Source: Octopus sinensis
Lineage: Eukaryota
Length of the DNA: 64,000 nucleotides
Direction: 5' to 3'
NCBI RefSeq assembly: GCF_006345805.1
Contig: NC_042999.1
Location: 110,050,001 to 110,114,000 of the forward strand
Both the position numbers and the translations under genes were made by a program. Below the pieces are notes generated by a model, which was not told the DNA's origin, did no database searches, and saw nothing but the letters and a program-made list of their open reading frames with translations. This document shows, piece by piece, positions 54,270 to 64,000 of the stretch. How positions within the stretch are numbered: position 1 is the stretch's first letter; each line of letters opens with the position of its first letter.

Positions 54270-55345
54270 TGCAAGGGGTATTCAAAAACAATTATCAGTA
54301 TATTACTCGCTTCAAACTAATTAAAGGGTTTCCTTTTGGATGCCATTGCAGATAAAAGGTTAACACAAGAAATAAAAAGACAAGCAGTCATTGTTGACAC
54401 ATGTGCAGAGCACAGAAATTTAGGAATTGTCAACTTTCAAATTGTTCCAGGATCCATCTGATGGGGATGTTTCAATTGTATGAAAAAGAAAAGAAAATGT
54501 TCTAAACATATGGATACTATAAAAAACACTACAACTTCTTCAGCTGGTTCAAGAAATTATCAGTGACAATCCCAGAGAGTCAATGACAGTCTTTGTCAAA
54601 GAAATTCTGGTATCAGAGTGGACTATAAGAATTGGGGTACATGAGGGAACTTAATACAAGTTATGTGCATTGAGGATAAGTCAATTCATGTCTGCAAAGT
54701 CATAGAAAAACTGTTTGATCCATGACAAGCAGTTACTTAACGAACTTAAAAGCCTTCATGAATATGGTATATTTTGGTTCTTCTTTGATGAGAATAACTT
54801 CAACCAAGTTGAAAAGTCTAACTGGAGAAATGACAGATGGTTATGTGCAAATTCATCTGATGTCCTCAGAGTCATTCACTCAAAGTTTCTAGTGTACAGG
54901 TTTTAGGATTGGTTAGTAATGAAAGTCATGTCATACCACCTCACATCTTTCCACAATCTTAAAATAAGTGCTGCTGGATATATTGAGATGCTGGAGACAA
55001 TATTTAACCCCTGGATCAAAGAAGGGTGTAATGGAAGAGCATAATTATTTCAACAAGACTCAGCACCTTTTTAAAAAGCTCACATAATCCAAGAATGGAT
55101 GCCAGACAATCATGTAACACCAAACTTGTGGCTTCCAAACTTGTCAGATTTAAATCTCATGGACTAATGTATTTTGATTGTTGGTGAAAGGGAAACTAAT
55201 CAAGTTCCTCACAGTACAATAGCTTCACTGAAGGCTGCTATTATCAAGGTGAAGCTGAAAATGAGTAAGAACCATTTACCATAGACATGTCAATGATTCC
55301 TGTCTCACACTGAAGCAGAAAGCAAATTTATAGAATAACATCAGA
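54270..55345 (+). mobile_element. Tc1/mariner (maT/DD37D-like) transposase relic, same family as 47960-49230
   Basis: LTQEIKRQAVIV, WFFFDENNFNQVEKSNWRNDRWLCANSSDVLRVIHSKF, QQDSAP, LWLPNLSDLNLMD and ERETNQVPHSTIASLKAAI. Confidence 0.88.
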
Positions 55346-55371
55346 AGAATGTTATTACTGAGAACATGTCT

Positions 55372-55570
55372 CTCTTTCTCTTTTGCTTGTTTCAGTCATT
55401 TGACTGTGGCCATACTGGAGCACCGCCTTTAGTTGAACAAATCGACCCCAGGACTTATGCTTTGTAAGCCTAGTACTTATTCTATCGGTCTCTTTTGCCA
55501 AACTGCTAAATTATGGGGACGTAAACACACCAGCATCGGTTGTCAAGCAATGTTGGTGGGACAAACACAG
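55372..55570 (-). mobile_element. SINE family A, tail half only
   Basis: Reverse complement of the tail consensus. Confidence 0.88.
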
Positions 55571-56094
55571 ATAATTTTTCAAGTAATTATCACCAAATAT
55601 TTCAGTACAAGTTAAAAATAATCCTTTAAAAATTTAAGTGAACTTATGAATAAATATTTTAAGTAAAGCATTTTTTTGATATAAAAGTTTTGGACAGCTT
55701 CAAATGAAATTAGGAAGAGAACTCTTTGAATTTAGAAACATATCTTTTGATGATATCATAAGAACTGGTCTGTAAAATTCATAATAAATTAGTTAATTTA
55801 TGAAGTAGTTACTGAGTTACATTAGGAACAAAATTCATGGCTCAAATTGTTTGCTTTCTTTCCCCCACCCCCCAAAAATTGATAGACTTATTAACAATTT
55901 TTCTTACTGAATATAGGAGTCAATTTTCCTGTGAAATTATAAACTAGTTCCTCAGACATTTCTTATCAAGTATATCAGTATATATAAATCAATAGGCCTT
56001 ACAGGAAAAATTGGAAACAAATCTGTAAACGTATTTAGTACATCAAATAAAGAAACAATGAATAATTTTATCAATATTGGGCATGAAAGAAATC

Positions 56095-56735
56095 AGATAG
56101 TAGCTCCCTGAACTTTTTCCAACCTGTCTTTACTCTGGCTACTATACTCTCAAAGCTACCACCTCCCATGCTAATTATATCTCCTAGGTAACAGAGGCTA
56201 TTGACTACTTATAGTGAGCCATCAAAGCATTTAAGAGAATCTATTTCCGGTGTGCTCATAGTATGTACCACTCCAATACATCGGTCACATATGAAGCTTT
56301 CTTTGTTAGTCTGCCCATGATTCCATTTACATCTCTTGTGTGTCCGTTGCTTAGAATAGGTACAGGCTATGGAGTTTATACCTACTCCTTCTCTGCATAT
56401 CTTACAAAGCCATTTCCCTAAAGATTCTAGGGTCCTGTGTTCTTTCCAATTTACTAAAACCTTAGTCTTTGCTAAGTTTACTTTGAGATTACTTCATAGC
56501 TTCTATATTAGGAATCTCCATTTTAATCCCATTATAGTTTTAGCTATGCAAATTAAGTCATCAGTATACAGAAGCTCCCAAGAACATCCATTCTTAAATT
56601 CCTCTGTTATAAGCTGTAGGACTATTTTGAATTTGAGAAGACTAAAGATTAAATCTTGATGGATTCCTACTTTTGCACGAAATTGTAGTTGACTCTCACT
56701 TACTGCATCCTTGTACATAGCTTGTACAGAGCTAT
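56095..56735 (-). mobile_element. RTE-X-like LINE relic (RT plus PHD-type zinc finger)
   Basis: QAMYKDA, VGIHQ, EEFKNGCSWELLYTDDL, LKVNLAKTK and GKWLCKICREGVGINSIAC...HKRC. Confidence 0.85.
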
Positions 56736-56789
56736 ACATGTAGGAATATGCATGTGTGTTGTGTGTGTGCATGTGTGTGTGTGTTCAAG

Positions 56790-56975
56790 ACTTTTGGAGA
56801 TAAGGTATGCTTCAGAAGACCTGGCAAGCCAAGGTAGATTGTTGCCATGGCTAATGCCAGTGTCACTTGACTGGCTTCTCTGTCAGTAGCATGTAAAAGG
56901 TACCATTCAAGCATGGTCGATGCCAGTGCCACCTGACTGACACCCATGCTGGTGGCACATAAAATGCACCAGTCT
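56790..56975 (+). repeat. Repeat with ~60 bp internal subunits (gccagtg..acttgactgg...ggcac.taaaa.gcacc)
   Basis: Two diverged subunits visible; probably a LINE UTR or SINE piece. Confidence 0.5.
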
Positions 56976-57634
56976 TGTATGTATATGTATGTATATATAT
57001 GTATGTATGTGTGTGTGTATAAATATATATATAAATGTATATGTGTATATATATACATATGCATATATATATATATATATATATAATCTATTTTAATGCA
57101 TCACTACACACATTTCCATAAATTGCATGTTTCTAATGATCATAGTCCATACTCCTAAGATGATTGCAGTACAATCTGTTCATTTCATCAGGCAACATAG
57201 CTATATCACCTGATGAAATGAATGCATGAACTATGATCCACCTGATGTCTATGGATACTAAAGATTGTGCTGTAATAATCCCAGGAACATGGACAATGTT
57301 TGTAAGAAACATGATTTGTAGAAACCTGCATAATGATGTATTAAAATATTTAGAAGTTCCATCCATGGATTATTATTATTATCATTACATTTATTACACA
57401 TTATACCAGCCCACCTTGATACAACCCATAAAACTGCTTTTGCAATTTGGTATCATTAGACTGTAGCTGGCATAATAAAATAGGAGTATTTATATGTGTA
57501 CTCAAAAACATTTCCTGAAACAAACTTAAAGTATATATATATAGATATGCATTTTCAGTGGTTTTGGAGGGTGTGGTAATTTAATAAAAGGACTCTGATA
57601 TAGCAAAAGTTAAATGTATTTTAAAAAAGTACAT

Positions 57635-57816
57635 AGGCGTAGAAGTGGCTGTGTGGTAAGTAGCTTGCTTATGAACCACATGGTTCTGGGTTCAGTCCCA
57701 CTGTGTGGCCACCTTGGGCAAATGCCTTCTACTATAGCCTCGAGCCGACCAAATCCTTGTGAGTGGATTTGGTAGACAGAAACTGAAAGAAGCCTGTCGT
57801 ATATATGTGTGTGTGT

Positions 57817-57888
<72 letters not shown>

Positions 57889-58100
57889 ATGTTTGTGTGT
57901 CTGTGTTTATCCCCCGCAACATCACTTGACAACCGATGCTGGTGTGTTTACGTACCCGTAACTTAGTGGTTCAGCAAAAGAGACCGGTAGAATAAGTACT
58001 AGGCTTACAAAGAATAAGTCCTGGGGGTCGATTTGCTCAACTAAAGGCGGTGCTCAAGTATGGCCACAGCCAAATGACTGAAACAAGTAAAGAGTAAAGC
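57635..58100 (+). mobile_element. SINE family A, full length, CpG-eroded
   Basis: Complete head, microsatellite and tail; ttagtggttcagc versus ttagcggttcggc in other copies. Confidence 0.92.
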
Positions 58101-59072
58101 AAATGTGAATTTTTCCATTAATACTATAATTCTTTCTACTGTAGGCACAAGGCCTGAAATTTGAGAGGTGGGGACAAGTCAGTTTCATTGCCCCCAGTAC
58201 ACAACTGGTACTTATTTTATACTATAATGAGGACAAAAAATACAAAATATCTTTTCAATGTTATTGCTTTGTTGTTGTTGTTGTTGTTTTGTGTGTGTGT
58301 GTGTTTGCATGCCCACAGATATCTAATTATGAATAAACATCCATAAATGTTTATGCCTCTGCAATCGATATATTTAGAGCACCCAGTAGAAAAACATCCA
58401 GCTTGGAAGTTAAAAGTTTGTTTTTAATTTCTAACTCTGCATCTTTGCAACACCTGAGTATAACAGGTGGAGAGCATGAAAAGAGGAACTGAAAATGCTT
58501 ATTTTCCACTTTTTCTTGAAGCTCAAAAAACTAAGCTGAATAACAAATTACTCATTTCTATTACTATTAGGCAATTTTTTTGAAAGGCAAATAATGCTAG
58601 TCATGGAATTTTTAGGAGAAAACAACAAAGATAGTTTACTATTGCCTTCCTTTGGGTATTTTTTTTCCCCTTTTACAAGACAACCATGTTGTCAAGTTTA
58701 GCCAATTTTGAGAAAGTGGAGGAGTGAATCAAGGTGAGAGAGAAAGAAAGGACAAAGCAGAATAATCCCAGTTCTTGACTTGTACTTTATTTATTCTAAA
58801 GAGCTGAAAGATTCAACTGACTTTGCATGGGATTTGAACTCAGAGCATGAGGGACTGAAATGAAATACTCTATGACATTCATCTATTAGATACCTTAAAG
58901 TTATAGTCAATTCAAGGTATTTAATAATTAATAAGCTTGGTTATATCTGCTGCATAACAAAAATATTACAATAACACATACACATCCCAGCAACACACAC
59001 ACACATACATATAATATATATATATACACACACACACCGTGCTTGAGAAGATATATATATATATATATATAT

Positions 59073-59228
59073 AAGGGTGTGGTTAGAAGCTTGCTTTTCA
59101 ACCACTTGGTTCCAGGTTTTGTCCCCCTCTGTGGAATCTTGGACAAATGTCTTCTACCATAGCCTGAAACCAATCAAAGCCTTTTGAGTGGATTTGGTAG
59201 ACGGAAACTGAAAGAAGCCTATCATATA

Positions 59229-59271
<43 letters not shown>

Positions 59272-59500
59272 CTACATGTGTGTAAATGTTTGTGTGTCAG
59301 TGTTTGTCCACCCAACATCACATGACAACTGATGCTGGAGTGCTTACATACCCGTAACTTAGCGGTTCGGCAAAAGAGACCAATAGAATAAGTACTAGGC
59401 TTGCAAAGAATAAGTCCTGGGGTCGATTTGCTCAACTAAAAAAGGCAGCACTCCAGCATGGCCACAGTCAAATGACTGAAACAAGTAAAAGAGTAAAAGT
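59073..59500 (+). mobile_element. SINE family A, CpG-eroded
   Basis: Head and tail motifs with CG-to-TG/CA changes. Confidence 0.9.
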
Positions 59501-61632
59501 GTAAAGCTAGTAAAAAAACAGACTAATACATTTCAGAAGATATGTTTCAGCATCTCATGATGCTGAGTTGAAATAAAAGACAATCTACTATGAATCATTA
59601 GAGTTGATATCCTTCACATGAAGAAAAGAGATTCCCCATTATATTTAGTTGTTTTGCTTCAAATTTTGAGTTGGCAATCTGTTATGGGTTGACTTCTACT
59701 CTCACCAGTTTCTCCTACCTAATAATTCAATAAATCAAGTGTTAGCAATATACTGGGATTGTGTCAATCAATTATAGTCGCTTTCGTTTCTCTCTCTCTC
59801 TCTTTACAAAGCAAAAGTATTTTAGATAATTTACAAAAAAAAAAAAAATATATTGATTTGCCTTAGCTATTCTGGTGATATTCTATTGAAATTATCTCCC
59901 TTCACTAACAGCTCTACTCAAGAATGAACTTGTGTGTCCAAATAGACAGATGTGTACTTAGATATAATATTTACTGTTGTGGTGGCGTAAATTATATTCT
60001 TAATGATGATGATGCGGTTGGCTGGTATCAAAAATAGTCAATATTCAGAGGTGTGCAGGTGCCAGTTAATGGTGGTGATGGTGGAAATTATGAGTGAAGA
60101 AGTGGAGGAAATTATGAGATATGAATAATATAATGGTGAATTAAATTTAAAATCTGCTAATATGCATGTAATGAATGCTTATGGAGTTGTTGCTGGTGTT
60201 GATCATTAGGTTTGTGGTAGGTCCAAGGCTTGCTGAGTCATTAATGACAGTAATGGTAGGTATACTGTGTGATAATTCTAATGGAGGGATGGGTATTAAT
60301 TATGTTTATAATAAAGGTTAATGGAAAAATTGATGATCAATTGATATTGGAATGAATTTTATGGAATTATAAATTTAAATATTTTACATAGATATAAAGA
60401 CCTCAGCCTCATATTTACAGAAAAGAAATGTTGTTTGATGACTATGCTTTTTTGTAATATTGACTTACAAGTAAATATTGACATATAAATAAATGTTAAT
60501 AAAATTGTGATATCTCTATGACATATTTTCAAAACTTACAATGTGATTGCTGAAAAATTATTGCAGTCTTGAGATGAAAGTATATATATATATATTTTTT
60601 TTTTGCTACTAGCTGATGTTATAAAATATGTTAACAATTGTGTTGTCATCTGAAAACCATAAAGTTTTTATGAAGTCATTTATCTAGTTTTTATATATAT
60701 ATATAAAAAAAGGAGTAGTTTTTATAGGACTCAAGAGCAATTTTCTACAAATGAAGCTCTTGTGTGATCATATACAAAAGCAAAGTTGTTGTAAGGTTAT
60801 CTCAGAATACTTATTTACCAATGGAGATGTTAAGTTGGCCAAAGACTACCAACTTTCAACCAAATTATTATAAAGTCATTTGACACTCACCGATTACTAA
60901 CCAAGCCTGTTAACTGTAACTTTTACTTCTTTCAGTCACTGTGCTACAGCCATTCTGGAGCACTGCAATTTCTAAATTCTATTTTCATTTTTAAATACCA
61001 AATTGCTGGAAAATTTCTTTACTGGAATTAACATCCTTCAAATACATACTTTGTCTTAGTCTTACATAATTATCCCTGAATGGATTCTTGTAACCACTTA
61101 ACATACTTGACATGTTGATGGTTCCCTAATTGATTGCAATATTTAACTTTAGGGTTCTACTATATTATATCAAACCATTTTTCATATAAAAAATATCACG
61201 TATTGACACATTCCTGCTTAATATCTGCTTAAGTCTGAAACTGAAAGGAAGACACCACAAGAACTCAAAATAGACTTCAAAGCAAAAGATAAACAAAAAA
61301 TAAACAAGCTTTAGAAACCTTTAGAAAAGCCAACTCTTTTATCTCCTATTTAGGGCAGGGTGGAACTAAGATAATCTCTATATAAAATAGGACATAAAAA
61401 ATAAACAAACCAAAGATGCTAAGAAAGAGAAAAATAAAAAATACAAAAAGGTGAGTATGTCATACATGGATATGGTGGCTTAGAAATAGAAGATGGTTAT
61501 TTATCTTCTCTGTGAATAATAGTAAAACAGTTATATATAAAGATTCCTTTCTGATCTGCTAATGAAGCAAACAGAAAAAAATATTAGATCAAACAGGGAA
61601 TGAAAAGAAAGAAAGGAAAATGAAAATGGAAG

Positions 61633-61832
61633 CTAGACTATTTCTTCATCTGTCTGGTCTTTGTGTTTTATTGAAAAATATGAATAAGAATGTTGTCCAA
61701 ACTCAGCGAAGCTTAGCTGATAAGGTGATGGCGTAAAAGAAGGTGAAAGAGCAAATCTAGTCGCCCGTTCACTGTTTTGTCTGGTGTTAAGAGAAGCGAA
61801 CACTTTACCGGTGCTGTACCAAGGTTGATAAT
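61633..61832 (-). CDS. Possible terminal coding exon (..YQPWYSTGKVFASLNTRQNSERATRFALSPSFTPSPYQLSFAEFGQHSYSYFSIKHKDQTDEEIV*)
   Basis: 65 open codons after an AG, local CpG retention in a CpG-poor zone, ~2 kb of TE-free UTR-like DNA downstream; acceptor weak and no homology recognised. Confidence 0.2.
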
Positions 61833-62714
61833 CTATTCACATCAGCTCTAATGTGTGAATGTTTTTAAAGTTAACATAACCTAATGGGTTTAACATAAGA
61901 TTAACTACCAGTCTTTCTTTTCATTATATCTTAGATAAAAATGATAAGCACAACAGTGAATTAGGAATTTCTATTCAGACATAAAGCATCTCATTTTAGT
62001 AGGTTCAGTACCAGTAATATTTTTGCTGAATCAATATAGTATCACCAATTGTACAGTGTAGATGAGGGGTTTATAATATATATTGATTCAACAAAAATAT
62101 CACTGTACCGAAACCTTGTATCCAATAATCTGAACTTGGAAATACTGCTGTAACAAAATGTATTTTGGTAGTTTTGTATGCCAGGGATAACTGCATCAAG
62201 AGCTGTGAGTGTTACATATACTACGATCATTTTGAGCAAAAAGAATGAGCTAGATTAAATAACTGATGACAGGAATTTTGTAGTCAGATTTAGCTGAGAC
62301 GGATTTAGCTGTTAATTGATTAAATATTAATAACAGAACAAGTGAGAAGTTAGCAAGATAGCAATGTGCAAGAGAGCTTGTAAAAAATCCAGTGCCTTTA
62401 GTTTTGGTTCAACTCCTAGATAAATCATATATCAAGCTCCATGTACTATTTAATTTACTATATAAAGTAGAAAACTGACTTAAATAAGAAGAGATGAATT
62501 TACAGTTGTAACTTTGATAATAAGAGAAAAAAAAAGGGAAAACTGAGTAATAGGTATGCTTGACTGGGGTTCACCTTGGAGTTAAACATCAACAGCAACT
62601 CTTAAATTGGTTAATTCTGCATCAATAAGTCCTGTGAAAAAGAATTTTCACTGAGCAGGGATACTCAATAACAGAAACTATACTTCTACTAATACTATCA
62701 GCATCATTAATAAT

Positions 62715-62983
62715 GTGGAGGCATGTGGCTTAGTGGTTAGGGTGTCAGCATCATGATTGTAAGATTGTGGTTTCGATTCCTGGACTGGGTGATGCAATTT
62801 TCTTTTTGAGCAAAACACTTCATTTCACGTTGCTCCAGTCCACTCAGCTGGCAAAAATGAGTAACGCTGCAATGGACCGGCGTCCAATCCAGCTGGGGAA
62901 CACATACGCTATTGAAACTGGGAAACCGGGCCCATGAGCCTAGCTAGGCTTTAAAAGGGTGCATTTATTTATTTTATTATTTT
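62715..62983 (+). mobile_element. tRNA-derived SINE family C2 (same head and core as C1, different tail) with 12 bp TSD
   Basis: tggcttagtggttaggg and atttcacgttgctccagtccactcagctggcaaaaatgagt are shared with 38377; TSD atcattaataat at 62703-62714 and 62984-62995. Confidence 0.9.
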
Positions 62984-63754
62984 ATCATTAATAATATTTC
63001 TGTTTTGACTGATGGTTTACATGCCCATAGTGTTGCTTGATCAATGTTGATCTGGTGCTGTGCAACAGCTCTAGTAAAGTTAGGCAATGCTATGAAATTC
63101 AGTAGAACTTCATAGCGTCAGTGCCTCAAGTAACAATACTTCTATTAAAACCATACTTCTGATTTAAGCTCTGCTGTTTATCTTGCTCATCCTATAATCA
63201 CATCCATATCTACCAGCTCATATTACATGACCTCTTCTGACCTTCCTCATACCTTTAACCATTTTCTATGCCAGTTCCTGAATTGTAAAGCTTTTAACTA
63301 ACATTTGAAGAGTTCACTGTTTGGTAATACTGCAACATTTGTTACTTCTATTTTCAATAAATATTTTCATTTCTTTTTGCCCCTTTTTTCTTCTTTTTTT
63401 TATTTTCTCTTCTCTTGAATGAAAATTATCAAAATTTGTAGTGTTAGATTTTAAAGGATAGTATTACACCTTCTCCTCGCCTTACAACTGAGTTCTGTTT
63501 TGACTGACAGGTCATTAATTAATCTGGTCGTAATTAGTTAATCTGGTCGTATATTGAGAAATATTTATATTTTTCAACACTATTTTCATTCAAACGGAAC
63601 ACATGCTTGAAAGCGACTGAGTCAGAGACAGTGGCATACAGTGGATGCCTGGGTCTGAAGAAGTCCTGCATTGCCAGATGCTGTCATAGTTACCATACAC
63701 ACAGCTACCCAGCATCTGAAAATCGATTTTTATTTATTTTATCCTTTTATTCCT

Positions 63755-64000
63755 TTATTCTTTTATTTGTTTCAGTCATTTGACTGTGGCCATGCTGGAG
63801 CATCACCTTTAGTCGAATAAATTGATCCCAGAACTTATTCTTAGTAAGCCTAGTACTTATTCTATCAGTCTCTTTTGCCGAACCGCTAAGTTACGGGGAC
63901 GTAAACACACCAACATCAATTCTTAGGCAATTGTGGTGGGACAAACACAGACACAGAAACACACACACACACACACATAAATATACAACAGGCTTCTTTC
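63755..64000 (-). mobile_element. SINE family A, running off the window end
   Basis: Reverse complement of tail, internal (CA)n, then ggcttctttc. Confidence 0.9.

Noticed and set aside
57179-57222. 14 bp hairpin ttcatttcatcagg / cctgatgaaatgaa containing CTGATGA
   Set aside because: Too short for a pre-miRNA and lacks the stem II-GAAA arrangement of a hammerhead
111-59435. Dozens of ORFs rich in YI, VC, HT, MYVC, poly-I or poly-L
   Set aside because: Translations of (TA)n, (CA)n, (TACA)n and (TAA)n microsatellites, which lack stops in some frames

Overview
AT-rich, microsatellite-saturated eukaryotic DNA with one 100-N scaffold gap (26793-26892). The repeat families (tRNA-derived SINEs with internal TA/CA microsatellites, RTE/RTE-X LINEs, Penelope-type fragments) suggest an octopus or other coleoid cephalopod; this is inferred from repeat style, not from a search. 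No intact multi-exon protein-coding gene is recognisable, and almost all listed ORFs are translations of microsatellites. The window is mostly intronic or intergenic TE debris: about 20 copies of one SINE family, Nin-like and CORE/Meta-like SINEs, an internally deleted Helitron with both termini, five Tc1/mariner relics (two forming a 703-704 bp tandem duplication), a hAT MITE, and RTE and R4-like LINE relics. Most notable observations: (1) five short repeats carrying a minimal hammerhead-ribozyme motif with covarying stems and non-canonical cores; (2) three tiny ATG-started, phase-2 candidate first exons on the minus strand spread over 40 kb; (3) several long foldbacks; (4) a ~1.5 kb decayed Asn/Ser-rich coding-like segment; (5) a sharp shift to CpG depletion after ~53.6 kb. 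All coordinates were read by eye and edges may be off by a few bases.
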